Shown: positions 39,788 through 49,022 of the stretch, piece by piece | Position numbering within the stretch: position 1 is the stretch's first letter | Layout: each line of letters starts with the position of its first letter | Source: an uncultured archaeon | Lineage (GTDB): Archaea; Asgardarchaeota; Lokiarchaeia; Sigyniarchaeales; SOKP01 | DNA: 64,000 bases | Direction: 5' to 3' | NCBI GenBank assembly: GCA_964493715.1 | Contig: CAZBPC010000001.1 | Coordinates: 105,288 to 169,287, forward strand | The notes under the pieces: generated by a model | Seen by the model: only the letters and a program-made list of their open reading frames with translations | What the model was told of the DNA's origin: nothing | The model's database searches: none | Position numbers and translations under genes: made by a program

Positions 39788-40600
39788 ATGAAAATTTGCC
39801 TGATTTTTTTCTCACCAACTAATAATACTGCTCAAATAGCAGATGTAATAAAAGAGGTATTAGTTGAGAGAAGTATTGGTGTGGATTTGCATGATATAAC
39901 ACCATATGCAGAAAGACAGAAAAAATTTGATCTTCAAGATTATGATGCTTTTTTTTTTGGATTCCCAATTCATGTTCAAAGAGTGCCATCTATTATTCGG
40001 GATTGGATTCATACCTTGAATGGAGGGGGAAAGTTTTGTTCAATATTTTTTACGTATGGAGGGGTAACTACTGGAATTGCTCATTATGATACAAAAAGAA
40101 GATTAGAAAGTCAAAATTTTCAAATTATTTCGACTGCAGAATTCTTAGGAAAACATACATTTAACCTTGGTGGTTGGAATTTAATGCCTGATAGACCAAA
40201 TGAAAAAGATTTCTCAGTTGCGAGAGTATATACTATTAAAACCCTTGAAAAAATTATTTCACACAATACTCAAATGATCGAATTCGAAGAACCTAAAATT
40301 ACTGAAAAACAACTCAACCGATTAGATAAAGTACCAAAGGGAGGCATGACACCACCTTCACGTAAGGGAAAGGCTTGTTGCATGTGTTTAAAATGCGAAA
40401 TAGAATGTCCAAATAATGCAATGGATGCTAATGCGGGAATTTCTAATGGAAAGAAATGCATTAGATGTTTGAGGTGTGTATTTATTTGCCCAGATAATGT
40501 TCTTGAGATTAACGATATGAGACCAGCATATTCCGTTATTGTTAATGCTGAAAATACCCCAGAAAAATTAGCGAAGAAAGAGAGTAAATACTATTTATGA
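39788..40600 (+). CDS. EFR1-family flavodoxin-ferredoxin fusion
   Basis: FFSPTNNT flavodoxin start; two CxxCxxCxxxCP motifs. Confidence 0.85.
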   Translation: MKICLIFFSPTNNTAQIADVIKEVLVERSIGVDLHDITPYAERQKKFDLQDYDAFFFGFPIHVQRVPSIIRDWIHTLNGGGKFCSIFFTYGGVTTGIAHYDTKRRLESQNFQIISTAEFLGKHTFNLGGWNLMPDRPNEKDFSVARVYTIKTLEKIISHNTQMIEFEEPKITEKQLNRLDKVPKGGMTPPSRKGKACCMCLKCEIECPNNAMDANAGISNGKKCIRCLRCVFICPDNVLEINDMRPAYSVIVNAENTPEKLAKKESKYYL

Positions 40601-40608
40601 GTAAATTA

Positions 40609-41106
40609 TTATTCTAAAGGATTTTTAATAAGGTAATTACTGACATACCTTAACAATTTTTTTTCAATAGCCCACTTTATTATCTTATTAGCTGTTTCAA
40701 AGCTGCACCATTTCCAATCAGTGTGTTCAGCAGGGTTCAATACTGGATCCTTAGGGCGATCTATACGAGCGATGAAATTATAAAATGTAATCTCTTTTAC
40801 TTCTTCTTGAAGATGAGGAGGAGATTGATCACCTTCATCTTCTTCATTTTCCGCATATAATTCTTGAGGTATATTTATCGGGAGAATAAGAGTAGGAATG
40901 TAACCTGTTTCTTCAAAAAGTTCTCTTTTTGCACACTCAAGAGGACTTTCTCCTTTCGGGTGATCAAGTGCCCCCATTGAATCTCCTACTGAACCAGTTA
41001 CGTAATGCTAATTATAACTCAAAGTAGCTCTTTTTATCATGAGAAACTCTAACTTATTCTCTTTGTACCTGATAGGATACACTCCTACCATCTCTTTCTT
41101 AACCAA
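40609..41106 (-). pseudogene. NUDIX hydrolase (NudB-like) interrupted by an in-frame TAG
   Basis: Nudix box GESPLECAKRELFEETG. The frame continues upstream as MVKKEMVGVYPIRYKENKLEFLMIKRATLSYN*HYVTGS, with TAG at 41008-41010 where Trp is expected. Confidence 0.7.
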
Positions 41107-41336
41107 ATTAATCACTTTAAATCATGTTTACGTAAAGATTTTTGTGTTTACATGGACCACCATACAAGATAGACTTTTATATATTTTAATTCCCACATTG
41201 ATTTAATGTCTTTTCATCTATTAAGGTAAAATTTTGATTACAATTCATAGTTTTATTTATATGATAGGAATTTTCATTGAAATAAGACTCTGAATTTACT
41301 TTTGTAATGAATTAAGTATGAATATCGATTGATTAG

Positions 41337-41427
41337 GTATTAATATTACATTAGTTTCTTTACTTTAATGAAAGTTTGCTTGATTTTTTTCTCACCAACT
41401 AAAAATACTGCTCAAATAGCAGATGTA
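41337..41427 (+). repeat. Diverged direct repeat of 39757-39847 (promoter plus first 20 codons of the EFR1 gene)
   Basis: ATGAAAGTTTGCTTGATTTTTTTCTCACCAACTAAAAATACTGCTCAAATAGCAGATGTA vs ATGAAAATTTGCCTGATTTTTTTCTCACCAACTAATAATACTGCTCAAATAGCAGATGTA. Confidence 0.9.
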
Positions 41428-41551
41428 TATTCTTTAATCTTAAATTGAAGGATATACATTTCTCAAAAGATTTATTAGCTTTAGTTACCCTATTAAGTTT
41501 GAAAAGACATCAACTCAATTATTATTTAAAAATAGAAGTGAAATAAAAAAT

Positions 41552-42310
41552 ATGGATAGCAAAAAAAGTTATGAATGGGTCATATTTGTATTTTCTTTCA
41601 TCGTGCTTGGTTTTACGTTAATTTACCCTGCCGTCTCGTATTCAGAACATGCAGGTTCCATTAATTTGTATCTTTCAGGTTATATCTCTTTCACAATTTA
41701 TGGGTATGGAACTGTATCGGGGTTTTTATTGGATCCAGAAATCCAGATTACCTCCGCGTTTGCAATGTTTACCATGATTTGTAGTTTGTTCACGTTGTTG
41801 ATATTATCATATTCTCTAAAACAAGATATAAGGAATTTTAAAAAATTAAATTTAAGATATTTCTTAATCATTAACGCCGCATTGTTATTAATTCCAACGA
41901 TCGTGTGGATCATTCAGTATAATCAAGCTACGAGCGTTCTACCTCAAGAAATAATCGATATGGGATATGAAAGTATTTGGGAGATACTTACTCCTTCTTT
42001 TGGATTAATCGGGGTTTTTATATGCTCGGGGATAATTTTTGGGGGGGTTGCATATATCCAACTTAACTATGTAAAAATACTTGAAAAACTCTTACCAACA
42101 AGGGAGGAAAAAAGAAGAGAATTAAACATGATAAGTCGAGATATTTTACGTGAATTGGACCGAATCAAGAAAGACGCTAAAGAACGTTATTTTGAAAATA
42201 AAATTGATTCAATTTTGTTGGAGATACTAACAAAGGAGGAATTGAGAAGATATTCTCACTTAAATCAGCGCTTAGATAAGCTCAATTCTATTTTAGAAGT
42301 AAAAAAATAA
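41552..42310 (+). CDS. Four-TM membrane protein with soluble C-terminal tail
   Basis: Four hydrophobic segments, then a charged helical tail. Confidence 0.65.
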   Translation: MDSKKSYEWVIFVFSFIVLGFTLIYPAVSYSEHAGSINLYLSGYISFTIYGYGTVSGFLLDPEIQITSAFAMFTMICSLFTLLILSYSLKQDIRNFKKLNLRYFLIINAALLLIPTIVWIIQYNQATSVLPQEIIDMGYESIWEILTPSFGLIGVFICSGIIFGGVAYIQLNYVKILEKLLPTREEKRRELNMISRDILRELDRIKKDAKERYFENKIDSILLEILTKEELRRYSHLNQRLDKLNSILEVKK

Positions 42311-42410
42311 CAAAATAATTTTTCGAGTTACGATATTAGAATTAGCCAAATAATTTAGAGATTAAACTGAAAAAGAAATTAGTTTTCTAAATGAGAAAAA
42401 AGAAAAAAAA

Positions 42411-43454
42411 TTAATCCATTTTGGATTGGTAATTTATTGCTTCTTTACGTTTCCGAAAAATCATCATAACTCCAATTACCAATATGACTCCCCCCAGACC
42501 CATTCCTGCCACCATCATAGTTTCTGGAGGGAGAAAAATTCTCGGGTTATCGGAAGGGGTCGTTCCATTGATGTCAGTAGGATCTTCACCCGATGCAATA
42601 ACTCCCTTATTTACCATTGCATACGCGACATTTATGTTTTCATGACCTACATCAACGTAAATTTCAATCCGTATTGAATAAGTTCCTCCTTGAGATGTGC
42701 CAAACAAAAATGAATTGATTTCTGACACCCCTGCTAACGAGTTGTTCAAGAAAACTGCATAAGGAAGGTCATTTGGATCAAACACCGTTAAATCAACACG
42801 ATCCACCGTGCTTAAATTCCCTTCTGCGGAGACGCGTCCTATGTAAAATTTATACGAGTAATCCGATTGTAAAGCAAATTGATGGATGATATAGGTCTGG
42901 TCAGCATTAAATCGTGTCACCTCGTACAATACAAAATTAATTGGATCCCATTCAGGAATTTTCTCTCTCAAGCATTCATACTCTTTCTCAATCTTGATGT
43001 GAATATTTACGTTAAAAATACTCTCTACTTCGAAAGAGAAAGTATGATTACCTTCCATAGCTGTTCCAAAGGGTATTTCCTGATAACTTAAATCGTATGG
43101 AACTTGCTGTAAGGTACCATCATACACGATAAAAAGTTTTTCGTCGGGATCATATATTCGAACCGTTATATTACATGAGTGGGGTGTGACCAAGCGAATC
43201 CAAGTGAAATAAGTGAAATCCTCCAAGAGAGGAGTGTCTGTAAAGTTTAATGGAGCTCCTCCAATCTCAAACGTGAAAACTTTATCCACGAGGATGTCCT
43301 CTTCAGCACTTAGATGAATTGAACTGGAAGGCTCCATTCTCGCCACATTTTTCCCAATAAAATCATGAGGAATAAAATTAGATGCCGTGATCATGATAAA
43401 AAACAATAATAAGGTTAAAATGAAGATGGTAATTGTATTAATCTTAATATCCAT
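42411..43454 (-). CDS. Secreted/membrane-anchored beta-rich protein, paralogue of 10643-11584
   Basis: Signal/TM, RLVTPHSCNITVRIYDP, second DP repeat, C-terminal TM. Confidence 0.65.
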   Translation of the reverse strand: MDIKINTITIFILTLLLFFIMITASNFIPHDFIGKNVARMEPSSSIHLSAEEDILVDKVFTFEIGGAPLNFTDTPLLEDFTYFTWIRLVTPHSCNITVRIYDPDEKLFIVYDGTLQQVPYDLSYQEIPFGTAMEGNHTFSFEVESIFNVNIHIKIEKEYECLREKIPEWDPINFVLYEVTRFNADQTYIIHQFALQSDYSYKFYIGRVSAEGNLSTVDRVDLTVFDPNDLPYAVFLNNSLAGVSEINSFLFGTSQGGTYSIRIEIYVDVGHENINVAYAMVNKGVIASGEDPTDINGTTPSDNPRIFLPPETMMVAGMGLGGVILVIGVMMIFRKRKEAINYQSKMD

Positions 43455-43761
43455 GCACCTCTAATTCTTCAAATTCCACGATGAGTTCGGCGGTAACGGG
43501 ACATTTGTCGTACTGAATGCAGGTAAAACAAGGCTGATCGCTCCAAAAATAGGCTTTCTGGTTCGGACGATCTACTATAAGTATTGGAATTCCAGATCGT
43601 GGACATAATAAAGCAGAATTGCTGAGATTCCCTCGTTTTGGTAATGCATAGGACAGCCCGCAATTATCGCATTTCACATATCGCTTATAATTCTTCGTTT
43701 TAAAAATCATCAAGGAACCATCACATTGAGGACAAGTTCCTATCTCGTCTAATTGTCTCAT
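43444..43761 (-). CDS. Topoisomerase-C4-type zinc-ribbon protein
   Basis: IGTCPQCDGSL...YVKCDNCGLSYALP, CPRSG, CFTC...C. Confidence 0.7.
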   Translation of the reverse strand: MRQLDEIGTCPQCDGSLMIFKTKNYKRYVKCDNCGLSYALPKRGNLSNSALLCPRSGIPILIVDRPNQKAYFWSDQPCFTCIQYDKCPVTAELIVEFEELEVHGY

Positions 43762-43826
43762 GTCATCAAAACCTTATCTCATAATTAAAAGATAAAGAGA
43801 TAGTTAAGAGAGTTTCTTGACATTTT

Positions 43827-43899
43827 TATTTAAAGAAAAAATGAAAAATTACTAAATCGGGACTCCACTCTTTTTTTTTTTAAAAAGAAATGCATGATA
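43827..43899. promoter_or_regulatory. Back-to-back T-tract/TATA promoters (Zn-ribbon operon and pilin-like gene)
   Basis: Minus TTTTTTCTTTAAATA (43827-43841); plus TTTTTTTTTTTAAAAAGAAATGCATGATA (43871-43899). Confidence 0.7.
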
Positions 43900-43910
43900 G
43901 TAATTTCATA

Positions 43911-44135
43911 ATGGTGATATTTGATTATCTTGATAATCTGGGATCTGGAATGGAATTTCTTCTTGCGTTAGGCTCCATATTGGGATTAATAGGAGTCGTG
44001 GTTGGGTTCATTGTCTTTGTTTGGGGTGGAGGTCGCTTGCGAAAGCACATGTTAGGTGTAATTGTTTTCTCGATCGCTTTATTAGCAGTCTGTGGAATAG
44101 AAACAGGTGTGAAATACTTCCATATCTTTCGCTAA
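43911..44135 (+). CDS. Small two-helix membrane protein (VirB2/CedA1 pilin-like architecture)
   Basis: 74 aa; two Gly-rich hydrophobic helices joined by a GGGRLRK loop. Start moved to ATG 43911, about 24 nt after the promoter motif. Confidence 0.6.
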   Translation: MVIFDYLDNLGSGMEFLLALGSILGLIGVVVGFIVFVWGGGRLRKHMLGVIVFSIALLAVCGIETGVKYFHIFR

Positions 44136-44266
44136 ATTGATTCCAATCATAAGTTAATAGTTTGATTAGTAAAAGTAGAGGTTATTATCTTTTTGAATGG
44201 AGAAATGATATTTTTTCTAATAAGCTTAAAAAGTGTATATTATAAATTAAAAGAAATCTAATTAAA

Positions 44267-44536
44267 TTAGCCCCAATCGCATCTATATCCAGTACCTCCT
44301 GAAGGCCACGTGAAAATAATTGCTTCCTCCTGACAAACATACCAACATGATGCACATTCCATGCATTTTTCTAAACTTTTTATCTTTGCTTTTTTTTCAA
44401 CCATTTCAAAGCAACCTGCAAGGCATACTTTTACACAGTTCATGCATCCTATGCATTTATTTTCATCGATTTTTATGAAATCTCCAGTTTTTTCAACCCA
44501 TTCCACACCTGGGAATTCTTTAAACGTTCTTACCAC
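44267..44536 (-). CDS. FixX-like 2x[4Fe-4S] ferredoxin
   Basis: CIGCMNCVKVC, CMECASCWYVC, WPSGGTG...WG. Confidence 0.85.
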   Translation of the reverse strand: MVRTFKEFPGVEWVEKTGDFIKIDENKCIGCMNCVKVCLAGCFEMVEKKAKIKSLEKCMECASCWYVCQEEAIIFTWPSGGTGYRCDWG

Positions 44537-44553
44537 TTAAAAGTCACCTCATT

Positions 44554-46215
44554 TTAGTTCTGAAAAACGATAGGATTTGCATTTTCGACAAATTTTAATA
44601 TTTTTTTACTCAATCGATTTAAAATAGGGTTAAATATCTTTAAAATAAAAAGATAAACGGGTTCAATAATCGGTAGAGCTTTTATCATAAAATTATTCAA
44701 AGAATTTGAAAATGGAACTAGTATAAAGGAAAATACTTTTCTTATTTTTTTTAGCGCTTTTAAAAAGGTATCTATTAATATCAAAAATCGCATGAATCTC
44801 CTTTCCATTTTTCTGAGCTTTTTAGAAGGTATTTTTTTGATTTTTTTTTCCCCAGGGTGATCATACGTCTCAAAGAGCCAATTTTGAAAATACCTAAAAA
44901 ACATCTTTATCCATTTAGTTATTATAGTTGGGTCCTTATAAACATAAGAAAGAAGAATTTTAAAGAAGGGAGTCATAAAATGGGTTAACGCCCCCAAACC
45001 CCACCCATTATGAATATATTCTTTCAGCTTTTTTAAATCGTGCTCTTCTTGTGCAATTCGTAAATTATACCTATTTTTTCCCGAAATTGACCATTGAATT
45101 ATTGGATGTTCTTTTATCTTTCGGTCATATTTCTCCAAAAATGATTTTGAAGTATCATTGACTTTTATTGCTTCAATTGCTATGTTAGCAGCTATTTCTG
45201 CAGAAAACCAAGCTGCAGGGACTCCATCACATAATTCTGTGCTTTCAAGTCCTGCTGCATCTCCAATCAATATCATACCATTTGTGTGATTAGCCATAAT
45301 ACGTAAGTTTTTGTTCAAACCAACATATATTTCAAATCCTGCCCACATCCTTGCCCTTAATTCAGCATGAGGAGCTACTAGAGTTTTCCACCAAGGTAAT
45401 TTTTCGGTAATGTTGCGATGGTATTCTTTAAAATAATTAGTCAAATTTGTGACCATATTGCCATTTTTCCTTAAGCACTGATCCTGCATAAAGTGAAGAG
45501 AATTTCGATAAGGCCAGACCATTAGACCGTTTCCATAACCAAGAGGAGGTGCTATCTTTTGTTCATCCCATCCCCAACACATTTTTACAGAATAACCAAA
45601 AATCTTATCAATAAATTCTTTTGGCATGATATAATCATAAACGTCTGCCAAGGAAATAGTCTCAGGCTTATATTTTTTTCTTATACCTGCTTTTATTGCT
45701 AACAGTCCTTTTGAACCTTCGGCATCAATGACAATTTTACACCGTATATACTCTCCTTCATCTGTTATTATTCCTCTAATATAATTATCCTCCTTAATTA
45801 CATCTATAGCTGTTGTAGATTTTTTCAATATCACACCTGCATCAATCGCTTTTTTAACTTCCCACTCGCAAAATGGCTTACAATATGTATTATACCCAAA
45901 AGCAATTACAGGGGAAAATGGTTTTGGAACTCTCAAAGAATCATCAATTTCAATATCTCCTTTCTCAATATCCTTTATGATATAATTAATAATTCCATCA
46001 GAAGGGCGTTCAAATGGGGGATTGCCATCTCTAATAAAATCTGGTCCAAACAGAAATCCATAAAATGGAATTGTTAATCCAGAAATTACCTTGTCTCCAA
46101 CGTTCTCAGATCTTTCAAGCAATAGCGTTTTCAATCCCTTTTCTGCACATATCTTAGCAGCAATAGGTCCGCCAAATCCCGCACCAACCACAATAACATC
46201 AAATTCTTCATCCAT
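44554..46215 (-). CDS. FixC/geranylgeranyl-reductase-family FAD oxidoreductase
   Basis: DVIVVGAGFGG, LLLER...GDK..SG, IDAEG, LIGDAAG; followed by a FixX-like gene. Confidence 0.8.
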   Translation of the reverse strand: MDEEFDVIVVGAGFGGPIAAKICAEKGLKTLLLERSENVGDKVISGLTIPFYGFLFGPDFIRDGNPPFERPSDGIINYIIKDIEKGDIEIDDSLRVPKPFSPVIAFGYNTYCKPFCEWEVKKAIDAGVILKKSTTAIDVIKEDNYIRGIITDEGEYIRCKIVIDAEGSKGLLAIKAGIRKKYKPETISLADVYDYIMPKEFIDKIFGYSVKMCWGWDEQKIAPPLGYGNGLMVWPYRNSLHFMQDQCLRKNGNMVTNLTNYFKEYHRNITEKLPWWKTLVAPHAELRARMWAGFEIYVGLNKNLRIMANHTNGMILIGDAAGLESTELCDGVPAAWFSAEIAANIAIEAIKVNDTSKSFLEKYDRKIKEHPIIQWSISGKNRYNLRIAQEEHDLKKLKEYIHNGWGLGALTHFMTPFFKILLSYVYKDPTIITKWIKMFFRYFQNWLFETYDHPGEKKIKKIPSKKLRKMERRFMRFLILIDTFLKALKKIRKVFSFILVPFSNSLNNFMIKALPIIEPVYLFILKIFNPILNRLSKKILKFVENANPIVFQN

Positions 46216-46410
46216 TTTATGACTCTTCCTAAATTCTCAATCCTTTATATATTAAAGATTCTGTTGAGTTAGATCATATTTTTTTATAGATTTATATTTG
46301 TTATTATTAGTAATAAAACTAATTCTATAATTTTACAATTACAAAATCATACTTCTCTATTTTTTTCATGCTTTATAGTAAATAAATTGGATTACAAAAA
46401 AAAGATTAAT

Positions 46411-46812
46411 TTAGTGGAATCCTGGAGAATTGGTTGGTTGGTAAACGGTCATTCCAAAAAGTACAAGAGTCCCACCCGTGAGAAACGCTCCCATATAAAG
46501 AAGTAGAAATCCCAAGACCATTCCTCCAACCCATATTTTATGACCTATAATTAGTTTTGCTCCCACGATTAGAAGAGTAAATCCCCCGACGGTTTGAAAT
46601 ATCTTTCCTAAATAATCAAAAACCAATCGAAATGAAGTCCCAATATAGTATTGCAAAGTAATTCCATAAAATGGCATGAAAACCAAGAGGAATAACACCA
46701 CTCCAATTACGAGGATTGTTATCCTGCTGGTTCTCCTCCGTCCATGATGACCGTCTCCATCATTAGCGTAATACGAATACTTATCATGCAAGTAATAATC
46801 TTCACGATCCAT
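46411..46812 (-). CDS. Small membrane protein
   Basis: Three hydrophobic segments. ATG 46812 follows an AGGTGA SD and a T-tract/TATA promoter. Confidence 0.6.
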   Translation of the reverse strand: MDREDYYLHDKYSYYANDGDGHHGRRRTSRITILVIGVVLFLLVFMPFYGITLQYYIGTSFRLVFDYLGKIFQTVGGFTLLIVGAKLIIGHKIWVGGMVLGFLLLYMGAFLTGGTLVLFGMTVYQPTNSPGFH

Positions 46813-46852
46813 GAAATAGTTCACCTTATTTCTCCTCAATTCTTAGTGTTTT

Positions 46853-46895
46853 AATTTAAAGAAAAAATGGTAAAGGTCATTTTGTTTTTTATATA
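46853..46895. promoter_or_regulatory. Back-to-back T-tract/TATA promoters (membrane gene and FEN1)
   Basis: Minus TTTTTTCTTTAAATT (46853-46867); plus TTTTGTTTTTTATATA (46880-46895). Confidence 0.65.
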
Positions 46896-46916
46896 TTTAT
46901 AGCCATGAATGTTATC

Positions 46917-48002
46917 ATGGGAATCAAACTTCGCGATTTAGTCACAAATATACCAATTGATGCATCTGAATTAGCAGGGAGTGTTATAGCAATTGATGCA
47001 CCAAATATTATTTCCAGTCTTTTCTCGTTTTCCCATAAAAATTCAGTTGATTCCAAATATTTTCTGGATGGCACTCAGCGTCCAATTTCTCACCTTTACG
47101 GTTTATTATATCGAGTGAATTTTTACTATTCCAAAATGATCCTTCCTATTTTTTGCTTCGATGGCATTGATTCAGAGCTCAAAAAAATTCGTACCAAGGA
47201 TCGGCTCAAGGATTTCTTGTTTACCGAAAGATGGTTCAAGCAACTATTAAAGGATGGTGATAAAAATCGAGCTCGAGAAATAGCGATGAGTTCAGAATAT
47301 CTTTGGCCCAATATTATTAAGGAATCAAAAGCCTTACTTGGAGCTTTAGGTGTCCCTTACATCGAATCTCCTGCATCTGCAGAATCGCAATGTGCTCAAT
47401 TGGTCAAGGACAACATAGCACGTTATTCGAACTCTCAAGATTATGATTCCCTTCTTTTTGGATGCCCTCGCGTGGTTCGAGATCTTTCTAAATCCTTACG
47501 CAGAAAAGAACACGGAAAGTGGACCTATACCAAAATACAACCCCAGCTCATTGAATTAAAGTCATTTTTAAAAACGTTGAATATATCTCAATTCCAATTA
47601 GTCGATATGGGGCTACTTATTGGTACTGATTATTTCCCAGGAATAAAAGAAATAGGACCTAAAAATGCGCTGAGATTGATAAAGCTCAAGGGTACAATTG
47701 AAAGGGTGATAGCAGTCGAGAGAAATAAATATGATTTTTCCAAATTGAGCACTGGAATTATAAAAGAAGTGCGGAAGATCTTTCTCTTTCCAGAAGTATT
47801 AATTAAGTATCCTGATTTTCATTGGAATATGCCCCATGAAGAAAGAATCCTTTCATTGTTATGTAGGGATCATCGATTAAATGAAGAAAGGGTCAGAAAC
47901 AATCTCGAAAAAACGATCACGCATTATAATGAAACGATCAAGCATTCTTGCTCTTACTTAAATGAGCCTCGCATAATACAGAAAAAATTGTTGGAATTTT
48001 GA
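46917..48002 (+). CDS. fen: Flap endonuclease 1
   Basis: MGI start, IAIDA, SHLYGL, FDG, AESQCA, SQDYDSLLFG, GTDYFPG..IGPK; C-terminal PIP-like QKKLLEF. Confidence 0.9.
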   Translation: MGIKLRDLVTNIPIDASELAGSVIAIDAPNIISSLFSFSHKNSVDSKYFLDGTQRPISHLYGLLYRVNFYYSKMILPIFCFDGIDSELKKIRTKDRLKDFLFTERWFKQLLKDGDKNRAREIAMSSEYLWPNIIKESKALLGALGVPYIESPASAESQCAQLVKDNIARYSNSQDYDSLLFGCPRVVRDLSKSLRRKEHGKWTYTKIQPQLIELKSFLKTLNISQFQLVDMGLLIGTDYFPGIKEIGPKNALRLIKLKGTIERVIAVERNKYDFSKLSTGIIKEVRKIFLFPEVLIKYPDFHWNMPHEERILSLLCRDHRLNEERVRNNLEKTITHYNETIKHSCSYLNEPRIIQKKLLEF

Positions 48003-48019
48003 TTTTTTTTCTTTAAAAA
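48003..48019 (+). promoter_or_regulatory. T-tract/TATA promoter of rpa (or FEN1 terminator)
   Basis: TTTTTTTTCTTTAAAAA directly after the FEN1 stop. Confidence 0.45.
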
Positions 48020-48057
48020 TAAAGAAATCATTTTCATCCAAAAATGTCTAACATATT

Positions 48058-48999
48058 GTGATTAAAGTGAGTTCTTTTAGCGATGAACTGTATCAAATCC
48101 TATTAAAAGAAGGACTTGAGGATGAAGAGATCGCAAAGGCAATAAGAAAGAAAAGTCAAGAATACGGAGGTTTTATGAGCCAAGAAGGAATGTTGTTTCT
48201 CATCGCTAAGGAACATGGCATTAACATACGTAACCCCGATTTAGATCCCGAAGTATATCATTTGGTTGAAGAAGAAATTGATTACGACGAATTTACCATC
48301 CCCGTTTCGTCAGTTAGAGAGGGAATGGCAAATATTGTTTTATTGGGGAAAGTAATTAAAAAGTTTACTATCAATGAATTCTCGCGAAACGATGGTTCGA
48401 TTGGAATGGTTGGATCTTTTATGCTACAAGACGAGAGCGGTGCAATCAAGGTGGTGGCATGGGATGATCACGTTAAAATGCTTCAATCTGAATATTTTAA
48501 TGACGGGGTCTTAGTGCGAATCATCGAAGGGTATTCTAAAATGGGAAGGAACGAAGAACTTGAAGTAAATCTGGGAAAGAGGGGAAAATTAATGCTTTCG
48601 CCCGAAGACGTCAGTTCCAAAGTAAAGAAACGTCTTGAAAATTTGGACTCATCAGAGAAAAAAGCTATAAAAAATGAAGTTAAAAATCACGTACCTTTAC
48701 GAATTCTGATGCAGAACGAAAAATTTATTCGCGTGGTGAAGGGTATCGTGAACGTGGAAGAATTCAAAGAAATCACGTTAAAATCGGGACAAGATTCGTT
48801 CCTCCTAAAACTCACCATCACGGATGAGGAAGATTATTCAGCTCAGATCATCATATGGGGCGATGATGCCATTAAATGCTTGAAGATGATAGAAGAAGGT
48901 GAATACTACTCGTTTCATGATTTGATGGTTAAAGAAAACTCCTATACAGGAGAAAAAGAGCTCTCTTTCACTAAAAAATCTTCATTAAAAGCAACATAA
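48058..48999 (+). CDS. rpa: Replication protein A / OB-fold ssDNA-binding protein
   Basis: GGFMSQEGMLFLIAKEHG N-domain; FSRNDGSIG.V....LQDESGAIKVVAWD OB fold; second OB fold. Confidence 0.85.
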   Translation: MIKVSSFSDELYQILLKEGLEDEEIAKAIRKKSQEYGGFMSQEGMLFLIAKEHGINIRNPDLDPEVYHLVEEEIDYDEFTIPVSSVREGMANIVLLGKVIKKFTINEFSRNDGSIGMVGSFMLQDESGAIKVVAWDDHVKMLQSEYFNDGVLVRIIEGYSKMGRNEELEVNLGKRGKLMLSPEDVSSKVKKRLENLDSSEKKAIKNEVKNHVPLRILMQNEKFIRVVKGIVNVEEFKEITLKSGQDSFLLKLTITDEEDYSAQIIIWGDDAIKCLKMIEEGEYYSFHDLMVKENSYTGEKELSFTKKSSLKAT

Positions 49000-49022
49000 C
49001 AATATCAAAAAATCTTATTTTC

